Position numbers and translations under genes: made by a program
Shown: one piece after another, positions 1 to 13,114 of the stretch
Position numbering within the stretch: the stretch's first letter is position 1
How the letters are laid out: every line of letters begins with the position of its first letter
Source: Botryllus schlosseri
Lineage: Eukaryota
DNA length: 64,000 nt
Direction: 5' to 3'
Assembly: GCA_051294905.1 (NCBI GenBank)
Contig: CM119373.1
Span: 31,310,001-31,374,000 of the forward strand
Notes under the pieces: generated by a model
What the model was told of the DNA's origin: nothing
Seen by the model: only the letters and a program-made list of their open reading frames with translations
The model's database searches: none

Positions 1-256
1 CGCGAAGCTCTAAGAACATTTTCAAGAATTAATTAAATTCTCCAAAATACTCTATAATTTATGTTGGTTTACGAAATACTTTTGAGCCCCTTCGAACACG
101 CTCCCCACCCTATTAAGGAATTTGGGGTGCGGCAGGTAAAGATCTGGCAATAATGCAAATCGTTGGGTGCGATAAATCATCCCAATAAAGTTGGGCAATT
201 AGTATATTATGACGTAATAAGCAAATGACGCACAATGTATGAAGAGAGTTGATATC

Positions 257-1225
257 TAGGGATGGTGTGAACGCGAGGTTCACGTTCGCGTTCTGTGTGT
301 GAACCTCGGAAATTTAGAGGTTCGCGTTCACAACAGAACCTTGGTAGGTTCTGCACTGTGAACCTTTTTGCTAAATAGTAATTTGGACTTCACTATAAGA
401 TCTTTGGTTAAAATATATTGCATTTCAACTGCGGGTCACTCAATGCATGGTGCTGGCAGCATGAAAAATCAACACTAAACGAGCATGCACCTTGACAACA
501 TTAAAAGTTTTACTTGCTTTTATGTTGCAAAAATTTCTCGAAATATCCAGCTTTCCGTTTGTGAATATTTAGTGACTCTCTGCTGTGAGCTTGACCCGCA
601 ACCACACAACATCACGAGCGATATACGTAGTCAGCGAATGATGTTTATTCAACCAATCAATGTCATTGATATCGTTTTCTGATGTAAAAAATCGAGCGGG
701 CGTACTGGGTCAATTTTGACTTCATATCCTTACTGTATCATTAAAACCAAATCCGTGCGATTAAGGTGCTGGCTACTGCTATATAACTTGTTGTTTATGG
801 TATCGGTAGCGAGTATAGAAACCCGTTTTACACTCTGCTCAATATCAATGTAGCAATACTCAGACTCCGGAAATATTGTCCGGTCTGTCAAAGACCGTTA
901 AGGCGTAAGCTTATATTCCCTGGTAAGTCCTCGTCAAAATTGTTGGCAAAGCGACGGAATGTATTGATTTTATGAGATTATTATATGCCTTCATAACCGC
1001 GGTTGATACATTTAGCGACGTTTAAAACGCCAATATGTGCTTCAGCAATGTGACATTATGTGGCCCGAGTCTTCCCTAGGTATCATAGGCTATCACTTCA
1101 TTGAAAGATAGGGTTGGAATTAGCAATATGACGTCACGAGGTTCACGTTCGTGTTCACACAGAACCTTTCAAAAAGGTTCGCGTTCACACGAACCCGAAC
1201 CTTTCAGAGGTTCACACCATCCCTA
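257..1225 (+). mobile_element. hAT-type non-autonomous element, family A (TAGGGATGGTGTGAAC termini), full length
   Basis: TIR TAGGGATGGTGTGAAC / GTTCACACCATCCCTA; perfect 8-bp TSD TTGATATC (249-256, 1226-1233); subterminal GTGAAC/GTTCAC repeats; seven further full or partial copies in the window. Confidence 0.9.
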
Positions 1226-1316
1226 TTGATATCTCATTAAGCCTTTTCATCGCAATCCTTGTATTGTCTTCCAATATATCCTTTAAGATTATAATCCTAA
1301 GAAGCAAAACAAATGT

Positions 1317-1473
1317 AATCGTGAGTAATCGTGATTACTTTTCCAATGTAATCGTAATCGTAATCGACTACTTCCTGATTTTGCTGTAATCGTAATCGTA
1401 ATCGTAATCACGTGATTCTGAAGTAATCGTAATCGCAATCGATTACATTCATGAAGTAATCACCCCATGTCTG
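1317..1473. mobile_element. End of a MITE with GTAATC subterminal repeats
   Basis: Array of GTAATC units ending in CCCCATGTCTG (reverse complement CAGACATGGGG, a hAT-like terminus); other end not found. Confidence 0.55.
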
Positions 1474-2231
1474 TCTTGCATATGATCGGACTGTTCGCGA
1501 AACGCTGATGTAACCCGTGAGAGCGACCAATAGTTCAATGATCGTGCGTTTTACTGAACCTCCATTGCTCTCTCACAAACAAATTGACTGCAATCGAAGT
1601 GATCGAAGCTTACAGCTCACGCTGTCGTAAACTAGCATAGTGAAGTAACTTTGTAGCAAAATGTCTATTTCTGCTCCATGTTCTTACATTAACAAAACCT
1701 CTTGTTTCAATGAAAGTGAATTCGAATATAGTTTATAGATACTCGATCCCGAACCATTGGTGCAGGCTCGAATTATATCATATTAATTTGTAAATGGGTA
1801 ATGTATTGCATCTTATCAGTTCGTTTCTCTATTCTCTATTTTGGCTGGTAACTATAAACTGTGGCTATGCAATTACTTACGTAGTTTGCAGTTCTACGTA
1901 TAGTTGGACGATACAGCGCCTTCTTGCTTGTATATTTGAGTTTGTATTCGTTCATCTGTTCAAAATCAAAGACCACTCAATCTGTATTTCTGACAGTTAG
2001 CAAAATGCAATGACGTAATCAAGCCTCATACTTCGAAAAGGCTACTTGACTTGAATTGTGATTTGACTCGTGACTTGACTTGACTTGAATCGAGTCACCT
2101 CCAAAAATCGAGTGACTTGACTTGACTCGAGTCACCTTCGAAAGTCGATTGACTTGACGTGACTCGAGTCAAAATGCGCAATGACTCGAAATGACCCGTG
2201 ACTCGAAGGTAGTGACTTGATCCCAACACTG
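1474..2231 (+). mobile_element. Family B MITE (AGTCA/GACTC repeats), left-truncated
   Basis: Colinear with about 42510-43261; ends in GATCCCAACACTG; left ~200 bp missing. Confidence 0.85.
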
Positions 2232-2900
2232 CTTATTTCTATGCTTCTTTTGTTTCTATCGTAATCGGGCGTTGGTCCTCAGTATGTCTTGTGAGGAATA
2301 CACAACATTTACCTGTAAACGCGGACGATTGGGATGGACGATTTTTCAATATAAGTATGAACTCAGCGTGCGCTTTTTTGTTTTCTCGGAATTGGGCGTC
2401 AATGTTAGCGACTTGTTTAGTGGCTTAGTGGCCTTTATCCAATGACAAGGTGCGCCGACCTATATACTACATACTCTAATATTAGCGATAACTAGGGCTA
2501 CAACTTACAGCATCTCGGCAAATGAAGAAAGACATAGCAACAACCGCGGGTGCAACAGAATGCCACGTAATAATTACATAAACTATGATTATGATTATCA
2601 ACACTAAAACTTGTCTCACGTTAAAATGTGTATTGGCTCGAAGGTAGCGACGTGTTATCCATACACTGCTCAAACAAGTTAAGTTGCGTGATTTGAAGGT
2701 GAAGATGAAAAAGTCTCTCGTTAGGATTGGTGTCGCGTGAAAGTTAAAATGATTTTGCCAGCTTATTCGATTTAATGCAACCGATATTGATTGTGCCACA
2801 ACATGGCCTAAATTCCACGCATCTGAGTTTAGTCGAAACCCATTGCGGCAATGTTACGAGGTGGGCCTACCTAATGTCAACATGAGTCCTGGTCAACTGA
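2230..2900 (-). pseudogene. Decayed class A GPCR-like relic
   Basis: ORF 2482-2799 has LTCLSSVWITRRYL (TM3/DRY-like) followed by the hydrophobic VLVLIIIIIVYVIITWHSVAP; about 2235-2330 is homologous to 8185-8280. Confidence 0.35.
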
Positions 2901-3056
2901 CACGTAACAGAACGAAGTTACTTTGGCCATTACAGTCACAGCACGTCTTTACAAATGACATCTCTGACACTCGATTAAAGATATAATTCATGCATATGAG
3001 TTGGTTGGTATGTAAGTAGGCTTATATTCTGCGCGACTGTCGTTAGACACATGAAG

Positions 3057-3175
3057 CAGACTTGGGCAACTGGATAATTCTAATTGTCTAATTTTACTAA
3101 ATTAGATCGAAATGCCGGTAATCTAATTCTAATTTAATTTTGAAAAGCTAAAAATTTTCTAGTTGTCTAAGTCTG
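3057..3175. mobile_element. Short MITE, CAGACTTGG termini with CTAATT repeats
   Basis: TIR CAGACTTGGGCAACT / AGTTGTCTAAGTCTG; TSD ACATGAAG/GCATGAAG (7 of 8). Confidence 0.8.
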
Positions 3176-3299
3176 GCATGAAGTGACTTATCGATGGATT
3201 AAAAACCGACGCTTGCTGGGCGCCGAGAATGTCGGCGACCTCTATAATTGTAGGATATACTGGCAACCGATTGACCGTCATTACGAAGTGATTGTAGAG

Positions 3300-4117
3300 C
3301 AGTGGTTCCCAACCTTTTTGTCTTTGAGGACAGCTTTTGGACCTTCACGGATCCCCGCGGACCCCCTCAAAATTTCGCTCTACATTAGCCCAATTATCGT
3401 GCAAACTTCATCTGCGTTATGCAAATATTAACTGTAGGCTTGTGAGAAACAGCCACAAAATGACTTTTCGTGAAATAACATCATACTATAATGTAAAAAT
3501 TTGGTAGACTATTTCGAAGCGAATTTTGCAGCTGTATTTATTGACTTGATAATCGCCGTCTTAAATTTGATATGGATGAGTGCCTGAACTATTTGTACAA
3601 ATATGGGTGGCGGCGAATGTAGGCCTATAATATTAACGCGTAACGCTTCCGACGACACCTTTGGGTATGATCGCAAAACATATGGCACCAAAATTGAGAA
3701 GCAGAATATTTAATGAACATATAATGTCCAGCCTAATCATTTCTCTCTAGCAGCTCATCTTGAAGTTATTCTGGAATGGTATAGTCATAGTTATATATAA
3801 CACAGGAGAAAATGGATTACATGGCGAGGTTTCTGTCCCTTCATTGGTAGAGATTAGGAACAAATCTGGATTTTCAGTAGGCTATTGGCAATTTGGCAAT
3901 TAAAATTAGTTTGCACAGTAGCATATTGTATATCAGACGACTATATTATAGTTAGAATATGTAAGTTCTGAGGTTTTAGCAATTATGAAGCAAAACTGTC
4001 TCATGCTTTCCCTAATTTGAAAAAACAAATAAAAATTCGGTTATTGGTCATTTGTCAAATTAAGAGGTTTCACGGACCCCTCGAAAATGCTTCGCAGACC
4101 CCCGGTGAGAACCACTG
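3300..4117 (-). mobile_element. Charlie-like hAT deletion derivative
   Basis: TIR CAGTGGTTCCCAACC / GAGAACCACTG; TSD TTGTAGAG/TTATAGAG; minus-strand relic YPKVSSEALRV...LIHIKFK resembles the hAT C-terminal dimerisation region. Confidence 0.8.
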
Positions 4118-5169
4118 TTATAGAGAATCCCGGGAATTCAGGCGTAAATCTCTGACGGTGGTTTTAACAAAGGAATTCTCAACATGTGCCAGGAAATTAG
4201 GACGTATGGCAGAACTATATTGCACTGTATTTGACCTGAAGTGCCGAGGAACAGGGCCGCCTGTCACTCCTTTCTCTACTACATCGAACAACCAAAATTT
4301 CGATAGCGAATGCGGTGTCTTCTGCTGCAGTTGGTATACCATCGGCATACAGGTTGAAGAAACAATACAAGTCCTTCACTAATCGTGGTCGTATTTACTA
4401 ATGTTTTTGACCATACTAAGAGTATACTCTCAGAATCAAATAATAAAAATGTTTGAGCACAATTCATGCAGTAGGGCTATGAATATAGGCCATGGGCTCT
4501 AACTCCCGCGAAAATATTTCGTAGGCCTACTGTTAAAATTCTTTCCTGGTATTATACAAGAATCAAGGGATCGATCACCGAAAGCACAGTAAAACAATCT
4601 CGAGTTTACAGACTGCCTGAACCTTTGCATGATTATGATAGCTTGAATATGAAATAGATGATAGCTTGTCTTCGCTCCTAATCGTCCACGAGCCGACCCT
4701 GACAGATTCCTAGCACAAGTACATTGAAGACGGAATCAAGAAAATCGCACCGTTTAATAAACTGACATGTTTGTCAAAAGTTTGAAGAGCAGGAATGCAA
4801 GGAAACCGAATTTTACCAACACAATTCTGAACTAATTGAGGTCATCTCATACGAATGCATTCATTCACGATGATCACAAGGATTTATTGAATTTTCTTCA
4901 CCCAATAATATTGTTTTCCGTCTCCACCACACATGTGGGTGGTTATAAAACGAAAAACAAGTTCACTGTGCTCCCCTCCTAGAAGCGGTGGGTAGCTTTT
5001 TTAGTCCGTCTGTGGGAACTATTACCCTTTCAGAAATCACATTGAGATTCCACGATACAAACACAGACATAGGCAAAAAGCTCTATAGAAATTTGTCGTG
5101 AGGGTTATTGATGATACAGTGCATTTGGCGTCATGGGTAAGTCCAGTTATTTCATAAAAACACATTTCG

Positions 5170-6009
5170 CTACGTTTCAGCATGAATTTTTGCGGCATGC
5201 AGAGACGCTTGAGCGACGGAGTTTCGTTTAGCTGGATCAACCACTGTACCAACGTGCCCTTGCATTAGATTAGCGTGGACATTGATGGCGAGGTCGTTGT
5301 CATTTATCTTATGATCCACTGCATGGTTCTGTGTTTGCATGCTCTCATGTTGCTTTTCCGTCGGATTAGGGAGCTCTGGTGCTGGAACTGTTACCGCTAT
5401 CTTTGTTTCGACATTTTGCTGCGAAGTCGAGCTTTCTGGTTCAGTCAAGCCGTCTTCGTCACAACATATGCATTTGCAACACAATGAGGAGTGTACTATT
5501 GTTATCAGCATTACGACGAAACACATGCATGCGACAGCAATGTGAAGCTGTCGCAAAACGATACTGCACACCGACAATCGAGCAGCAATTCCAGATAAAA
5601 TAACTCCGACAAACGCAAGATAGGCATCCATTATTGCGAGTGTCATGCTAGCGACATAAACTTTTGCTGTTGGCTTGAATTTGGAGAATATGCCAAGGCC
5701 GCCACTTAACAGGCTGCACACCCCGCACCAAATTCCCCCTGCGACATAGGTTATGAAGTCTCCAAAGAAGCAGTAGACTGATCCTCCAAAGTGGTAGTCC
5801 GGGCCCTGTGCTACGGCCAAAGTAATGATTGTTAGAATACCAAGAACTCCCCCAAGCGTAACCTCTACAAAACCAAAAGCAAATAGCGCATTTTGGTATA
5901 TCTTCTTGTTTTCGAATGGATTAGACGATGGCAAAACTCCTTGTGAAGATACTTGGACCGGTATAGCCACGCACTGCTGCTGAGCTGTAGATGTATCTGC
6001 AGTTGCCAT
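5170..6009 (-). CDS. MS4A/CD20-like four-TM protein, copy 1 (divergent; 279 aa from first ATG)
   Basis: Uninterrupted ORF; four hydrophobic helices; GGIWCG at TM2; LH..VAC at TM4; Cys cluster CCKCICC after TM4; long polar tail without PPxY. The track start at 6027 is TTG; the first ATG is at 6009. Confidence 0.85.
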   Translation of the reverse strand: MATADTSTAQQQCVAIPVQVSSQGVLPSSNPFENKKIYQNALFAFGFVEVTLGGVLGILTIITLAVAQGPDYHFGGSVYCFFGDFITYVAGGIWCGVCSLLSGGLGIFSKFKPTAKVYVASMTLAIMDAYLAFVGVILSGIAARLSVCSIVLRQLHIAVACMCFVVMLITIVHSSLCCKCICCDEDGLTEPESSTSQQNVETKIAVTVPAPELPNPTEKQHESMQTQNHAVDHKINDNDLAINVHANLMQGHVGTVVDPAKRNSVAQASLHAAKIHAET

Positions 6010-7728
6010 CGGAACATCAGTTGCCAAGGTGAGCTAATGGTGCTTTCATAAATAAATAAATAAAATATTTCCTTATCATATCTAATAGAACATACAAAAA
6101 GAATACGTTTGGTTTATATCACAAACTAAATGACGTATTTAGTCTTAGTTAACGCCTAACGGTAATACCGGCACTGCCCAAGTGTTTGAAACTGCGTCGG
6201 GCGCTGATCTGAATCAGAGGGTGAGGAATTGCTGAGCTGTAAGATATCTGCCATCTATTACCTACCGCTTCACACCATCTCAATCAACTACGGGTAAAAT
6301 CCCATACCGCAAAACGGCCTTACAATCAAAACGAAGAATTCCTCTGATTGACAAGGCATCTCGTTGTTATGGTATCGCCATGACGTCATAATGATGAATG
6401 ATGGTTTGCTCTCAGTAACGAATTTCACAACAGAAAAATACCAGACTAATGCAATTTCAGAGGGCATTTGATGTACAGCACCCCCTGTTCATATTATTAT
6501 CGTAAGTGGTAACTTAAAAAGACTATAATTGGGCCGTGCTCCAATCCAGCAGATACTAAATAAAATAAAGAAAATCAGTCTGGTGTAAATGGCTATTGCA
6601 GCCGAAAAGTATCGTGAATACCACAAACACAGGACGCCGCATGAACTTAAAACGAATGAAATAATTTCCTCCATCAACTAGTATACCATACATAACTTGA
6701 AAATATCCGTCGTAATGCCAATAGATGGACATGGATATTATATTTATATGAATATGGCCCAATCACGGATTCCAACGGTGCTGACAAAACAAAATATCAC
6801 GCACGGCGATAAATCGTCCAGGCTATTTTTAAAGGAAAATGATGTCTAGAGTTGTATCAGATTATTGAAAAATTGATATCTTGGTGCCATCAAACCTCCT
6901 CTGTATCTTGATTGGAACTCATCTAGAGAAATTCGATTCTGTGGAATGACGCAGGGCATTCACTCCTCAGTAGCTTTCGATCAAGACCAGATTCAGTAAA
7001 TTCTGCGCTATGAATAATGACTTTTGCATATCCAGAATCCTACAGTCGTTGCCGCAGAACAATTTTGAATAAAGCCTCAGCGAAGCGAAACGAAGCTGCA
7101 AAATCGGTCGTTAGCCAGTCCATTTTTAAATTCGATAATGCAACAATCATAATAGTCATAATTGCGTCGTATCATCTGATGCTACATTGTTACAGATGGT
7201 GGACCTTGCACCGATCAGAAGAGCTCTCTAAATCAAGATCAACTGCTGAATGCGTGTAGCGCGCATTCTATGGCAGCCTAAAAGTACGCAATTGAATTGT
7301 TTCCTTGCCGAACACCTGCGATCCAAGCTAAAGCGGTGTTATGGCACCGACACCAAAATTGCTTATATATTTATATGCTACGACAGTGGTTTCCAACCTT
7401 TTTCGAGTCATCGCCCCCTGATCAATCGCGACACAAATTTTCACCCCTCTATATTTACGAATCCGAAAAATGAAGACACATGAACGGAATATTTATTCAC
7501 GTAACTCTGATCGATGGTGGATTTACTTAAAAAGACCATATTTCCGAGGTGCGGGTAGGCCAATGGTTCCAAAATGTCTGCTTGTGACACACTAGAAAAA
7601 TTATAAAACACTCGCGACACACTTACAAAAAATGTGCTTTTGAGAAAAAATTTAGGTGTAATGCGATGGCTATGCTCATTTATACGGACATATATGTGAA
7701 TGAAACGAAGTTACATTGGGTTTTGGTG

Positions 7729-7860
7729 GGGTAGACAGTGTAGTGGTTACGATAAACGCCCCCAATCTGACGCACCGCGTTCGATTCCCGTGGGAGGTTT
7801 ATCTGGGCTCCTCTTCCCCCGCCGTTGCCGTTCTTACGGCGACAAAAAAGCCATGTAAAA
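7729..7860 (+). mobile_element. tRNA-derived SINE-like element
   Basis: A-box-like CAGTGTAGTGG (7736-7746) and B-box GTTCGATTCC (7779-7788); body GTTTATCTGGGCTCCTCTTC is shared with the 17850-17985 copy; no clean cloverleaf. Confidence 0.65.
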
Positions 7861-7949
7861 GGACCCGACAAAAGAAAGCACTCATATGGAATGGAAAGAA
7901 CTAGTAGGAAGGACCGCGGCTTCGAAAAAGATCAAGCCTTCAAATCGCC

Positions 7950-8660
7950 CGCGGGCCAGACGAGTCAACTGATTACAAAATGTTACCTCATGCTCTTGCT
8001 TTTCACTTGAATACCTTGAAGCAAGTATAGATAATACACGGATAGGGTTTTTAAAGTAGCAAGTCGCAATACCTTTATTCGCGAACAATTGAATTGTCAA
8101 AATACGATGATTGTCTGGTTGCATAATAGATTACAACCGTAGGTTAGTAATCTGTGGGCTACCGACGATATAAGTTGGCATATTCTATGCTTCCTTTGAT
8201 ATAGTCGTAATCTAGCGTTAGCTCTGCATATGCGTTGTGGGGAATACAATATATTTAATTGGAAACGCGGACGTTGGAATCTGGTTTATTGATATTGAAC
8301 CGCGAGTCGGGTTTCTCTTATGTCTGGGGATCTATTGGGTCGAAAAGTGACACAGCAGTGCGACCATGGAAATTTGAATTATATATATGTGCAACTAATA
8401 TATATTCCTTGTAAACTGCATACAACGGTTCCGCATTAGCGATTTCGCTTCTGTGAATGACTACTTTTGAGCCTTTTCCCATAAAACACTGAGCGTAGCG
8501 ACCACTTCTTGAAATTGGTTGGCAGTTGCACCAACTAGTGTGAAACTGTGTGGCAACTAGTGTGAAATTGCAGCGCCGTAGTCGGGTGGTTATAATTGAG
8601 CCTATGGCCGTGGGAGTATTTCGTGCAAAAAATCTCACCATATGTTACGAATGCGCCGGA
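7950..8660 (-). pseudogene. Decayed class A GPCR-like relic
   Basis: CNFTLVATQFHTSWCNCQPISRSGRY puts a Cys 24 residues before an RY, close to TM3 C3.25-R3.50 spacing; partly homologous to 2230-2900; multiple stops. Confidence 0.35.
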
Positions 8661-9255
8661 AAATATAGGAATTTTTCAATCTACTCAGAATTGCTTCGCG
8701 GGCCGGATGAAATCGTCTGGCGGGCCGGATGCGGCCCGCGGGCCGTATGTTCGACACCCCTGCTTTAGACCCTAACACCGATAGAAACAGGAAAGGCTTC
8801 AGTGGAGGTTGACTTGTCGCATGAGAAACATCACAACAATCTGCTCCGCAAATCGGATGTGACTTTAGTTAAGAAGATGGAATTTAGAAGCCTTCCCAAG
8901 TACACATCAACTTCATTCGCATATGCCCTTGACAACGCGATTCAGCACATCACATATTCGTCGAATTTCGACCCGCGCTACGTAACTACTTTTCACCCCG
9001 ACGCCCGTAAACAAAGCGACAAGCGATTGAATAGACAAAGAGCCAATCGTACTCGTAAAAACCATTGGCATACAGTTTATTTATAGAATCAATCGGGGAA
9101 TTATATACACACACACATAGGCCTATACATATAGCTTTATATGCAATATCGGCTAGGGAAATTTCAGATAGAGTCAAGTACGGCACACCTTTAATAAATC
9201 ATGTTTGCCAGAATTCACATGAAGATCGCCCATCCCGCCCATCGTAATCCATCAA

Positions 9256-9978
9256 CTAATTCAAATCTTCTTTTATAATATGCATTGCTCCTGGTGGAGC
9301 GTAGGCAGGCGGTAGCTCATATTGACGAGAGGCATTCGGCATCTGCGGTGCTGTTGTTGAAACCATCATATGCTGGTTGGGTCCGTACACGTACTGATGC
9401 TGCATCGCATGCGACGCATATGGAAATACTGCGTCGGAACTTTCCTGACAACATATTCCACCGCAGCAGTATGCCGCATGCACAATGGTGATCACCATAG
9501 ATGCAAAACATATTATCGCAACACCGGTGTGAAGCCAAGCTAATGATGCACTGCATATTGCAGACCCCGACGCCGTGAAAGCAGAAAGAATCACTCCCAC
9601 ACCTAGTACGACAGCGGTGATTATAGCCATCGTCATGTTCGCAGCATGCAGGCCTCTCGATGGTTTGTTCTTGACGCCAATCCCAAGAGCACCCGTCGTT
9701 GCCAAGAGTAATCCACACCATATGCCTTGAGACGAAGAAGACAAACGTTTCACAAAAGCGCAGTAAAAGGAATATTCCAAGTTAGCACCGACGATCGCAG
9801 CTGATATTCCGAGCAGAATCGACAAAGCTCCCAAAAATATCTCAGCTCTCCCAATTGCGAATATGGCTGTACGATACTTTTCCCGCGAGCCCAGTGATCT
9901 TGCTGGTTGTAAAATGGTTATAGCTTGAGAAGATGTAGCGCCGACATCACTCAGTGTCGTTGGAGAACGCAAATCCAT
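9256..9978 (-). CDS. MS4A/CD20-like four-TM protein, copy 2 (240 aa, PPAY retained)
   Basis: Intact ORF from MDLRSP; SSQGIWCG; ANMTMAII; AYCCGGICC; LPPAY encoded at 9301-9312. The track start at 9993 is GTG. Confidence 0.9.
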   Translation of the reverse strand: MDLRSPTTLSDVGATSSQAITILQPARSLGSREKYRTAIFAIGRAEIFLGALSILLGISAAIVGANLEYSFYCAFVKRLSSSSQGIWCGLLLATTGALGIGVKNKPSRGLHAANMTMAIITAVVLGVGVILSAFTASGSAICSASLAWLHTGVAIICFASMVITIVHAAYCCGGICCQESSDAVFPYASHAMQHQYVYGPNQHMMVSTTAPQMPNASRQYELPPAYAPPGAMHIIKEDLN

Positions 9979-10229
9979 TACAACAATCGACACCGATACA
10001 AATTACGCCTATCAAAGATTCTGAATGGAACAATGAATTTAAAAAAAGTAGGATTCGCAAATCATTACATTCGTGTTGGCTACAGAAATCAGAAATTGTC
10101 GCTCATCCTGACTAGATCACGAGGTCTGAAGGATGTAGGTGGGTTTGGCAAAACGAAATCTGTGATTCCGCTTCCGAAAGTATAATGTAGTTCTCAAGGG
10201 TGAAGTATCACGCTCTTGTTCTCTGTATC

Positions 10230-10850
10230 CAGGGGTGTTCAAACAACTCTTTTTTTTCAAATATCATCGGCTTCATTGTCAAATAGTCAGGTTAACCTAA
10301 CAAAAAACGCTCCACACCAAATTTGACTGAATTCCAACCAGTAGATGCCTAGGTCAGCCAAATTGAAATTTCGGCCATCATTTATGGTGGCAAATTTCGT
10401 CACTCGACATGGTCAAAAACCGTATTTCAGGCATGCCTGAATGGGCAGGGATGCATTTCCACTCGTTTACATCTTGACAAGAGCATATGGTAGATGTCGG
10501 ATAAAGATATCGCCGATTAACGAAAAGGATATGACACGGATTATAGCTGGAAATTAGTCCACTTCTTTGAAATAGCCAGTTGAAAAGGATGGTTATCTTC
10601 TTTGCAAATAAGTAATTTCATCACTGAAATTATTGTCCACAAAAAGGAAATAAACTAACAAGCAGGTAAAATACGGGTAAATATATTTCTAAAGTGATAG
10701 CCAATGCATAGAAGTATTTTTATCGGGTGAAAGTAGATTTCACGAAATCTAAACGAAGCTTGTGACTGTATTTTCCGCAATACATTGTGATATTATGATA
10801 TCATATTTTTGCTTTTCAGCACTCCGATATGCCTCTTGCCAGCGAATTAC
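10230..10850 (+). mobile_element. DNA-transposon-like repeat, left member of an inverted pair
   Basis: Reverse-complement colinear over about 600 bp with 13115-13750 (e.g. GGTCAGCCAAATTGAAATTTCGGCC vs GGCCGAAATTTCAATTTGGCTGACC). Confidence 0.75.
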
Positions 10851-11839
10851 CCATTTTACTCCATTTTCAGTGGAATAACATTATCCATCACATAAGTAGT
10901 GAACTCGGTTCATGTACCAATAGGATGCTCGAGGAATCTCGCCTTTGGTTGAAAATAATCAGGGTTTTCCTCCTATCAAAAGTTATCGTAGCCTATTCTT
11001 GTCATTAAAATTCATTCTCGATATTCAGTTACTATCATTTAATTGTTTTCATTATTTATCCTAGTAGAGCGTCGAAGCTTTTTATTACACTTTAAAAAGA
11101 AGGGGTTTAATATGATATTGAAAGATACCCAGAGGACTAATGTGCTTCATAAACTGGGGGGTTACCATTTGAGTTTCTTGAGGCTTGCAACGTTTTAGAG
11201 CACATGGAGCATTGTATCAACACTCAGGTGAACCACCAGAAATGTCGCTTAGACATTATGTCGTTAAGCAGTTCAAATTAGACGGTGACCGGACATGTCT
11301 GGAACTAGCTTCGAGCATAATTCATGATATGTTGAAGTTTCTGTGCTGTCCTATCCCAGTTATGCAGGGTATATCCTGCCGTTGATCGCTCTGACCTGAT
11401 TCTGAGTTTTCTTCTGATTGCAACGTCACCATTCCCAAAATGTTCGTATCTTTTTCATACCTGGCAACATGAGTCATGATCTCATTCGCAGAGACGTCAA
11501 TTGCATCGCGTAGCATTTCTCTGCTACTCGACATTGAAAGATTCAGGGCATTAATCTACTGCAATGGGGAATGGGCCACGCCAACGAATAGTGTTTCATT
11601 TTTGGTACTTCAAATAAGCGTTGATATTTTATGTACTCGAAACTTTGCGAGCTTCAGGAAAATCAAATGGTGACTCGCTAAGCCTATAAAGCACATTAGT
11701 CATTTGGTTGTCTTTATATATCATCCCAAACCCCCTTTTGTCATAGAATAATATGAAGCATTGACGTTCTACCATGATAAATGTAAACAATTACTTGGTA
11801 GTCACCAAATATAGGGAATGACATAAAGAGAGTACGATA

Positions 11840-13000
11840 ACTTTGCTATTATAGTGTAAATGCGCATGTGGTGTATAGTATACAACCAAACCACTTCTGC
11901 CAAACTTCCGAAAGGATGTGCTTCCTGCTTTAAATAACAGTGACGTCGTCTACGAATTTAAGCGCCACTGTGATAGTAGGTATCAGAGATGAGCGGATTT
12001 GGAATAGCCATATCCTAATCCAATCCCAATCCGAATCTTCAAATCCAAATCCTAATCCATACTTTTTTCATATTCAAGTCCATGTCCAATACTAATCCGA
12101 TTCCAACTGGAAGTTTAGAAAAATGCTGATCGATGCAAGGGAGGGATTGGGAAATTCTCTTTCACAACCAACGATTGCCTTGATTTAAGATAACCTAGTA
12201 ACCATAAGTACATTTATAACTGATCTGAATAAAGTTTGCCGCCATTCGCCACACAACATATCAATCTCCCAGAAAATAGGTAAATCCAATCCAAATCCTA
12301 ATCCGTTCTGAAAAAATCTTTAATCCTAATCCAATCCAAATCCGACAAAATTTCACAAATCCAGTTTTTTCAAATCCTAATCCTAATCCATGCTCATCTC
12401 TGGTAGGTATGTGGGACGTACATCACAAAGATTGTTTGAACGGATAACGCAACACATGCCCAAATTGATTTGCTCAAACACTTGTGCAAATGACCGTACG
12501 GAGTTCGCACGCGAATGCAAATTAGCCGCAAAAACTGACTCTTATGACGATTATCAAGCGTACGGTTCGTCATTTGGCCAATATTTAAGTGAGAACCCTT
12601 CATCCGCCCAAAACTATAATGACCAAATGTTTACTGTCATTGCGCGAGGCAGATCCTTGTTTCATCTGAAAGTCTTAGAATCAACAATCATCCAATTGAC
12701 CAAGCCTATTTTATGTAGACAAAAAGATTTTATGTACAACTTACAAATTTCCCATTAGTGCGTTCTAATTCGTGTTTGTTATTGTTTAGTTTCCAATTGA
12801 TATGTTACTATAGTACCGTACAGTTCAAAGTTTGTTATTGTTGCCATTGTTACATTGCGGACTTCATGATATGTAATCCCTGATTGTTGCGTCATACTTC
12901 GCCTTTCTGGTTTTGCTTTTCATTTTGTTTAAAGCCCTTCAGTGTGAAAAGAGGCACCCGAAAAGTCTTCGAGTTGAATAAATATTTTACTGCAATGGAT
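11840..13000 (+). mobile_element. Penelope-like retroelement 3' relic (GIY-YIG endonuclease)
   Basis: After removing 11984-12402 and one TSD copy, it reads KDVLPALNNSDVVYEFKRHCDSRYVGRTSQRL...GRSLFHLKVLES...PILCRQK; AATAAA near 12978. Confidence 0.8.
11984..12402. mobile_element. MITE with AATCC repeats, CAGAGATGAGC termini
   Basis: TIR CAGAGATGAGC / GCTCATCTCTG; perfect TSD GTAGGTAT. Confidence 0.9.
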
Positions 13001-13114
13001 GTTGTATTGAAAGCTATGTTCAAGTTCTGTACCACGAACCAATTGTTTCTATACTTATAAATAACTGAACGATATTGTGCTTTCGCTGGAAGTCAAAAAC
13101 AATGACCATAAGGC

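Noticed and set aside
485-682. Recurrent short ORFs such as NIQLSVCEYLVTLCCELDPQ (also 28608, 37786, 52136, 59356)
   Set aside because: They are translations of the family A interior with inconsistent starts and stops
6480-6800. Hydrophobic minus-strand fragments (FFILFSICW, VFVVFTILFG)
   Set aside because: Too short and split over two frames to support a receptor relic
7729-7800. Functional tRNA gene
   Set aside because: A and B boxes are present but there is no complete acceptor or anticodon stem, and the downstream body is shared with another copy, as in SINEs
9317-9721. Alternative-frame ORFs overlapping the MS4A-like genes (also 23593-23820, 35553-35735, 46625-47086) and antisense ORFs
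   Set aside because: Their length and stops differ between paralogues and the similarity is explained by conservation of the main frame; no independent evidence of overprinting
11185-11700. Plus-strand frame with LASSIIHDMLKFLCCP and LLLDIERFRAL resembling GPCR TM2/TM3
   Set aside because: Cys-to-ERF spacing is about 40 residues instead of about 25 and there is no homologous copy; not listed as a feature
12935-12985. Second possible hammerhead after the 12 kb Penelope relic
   Set aside because: CCGAAAA...TTCGA is present, but the CUGANGA box reads GTGAAAA and stem III is not palindromic
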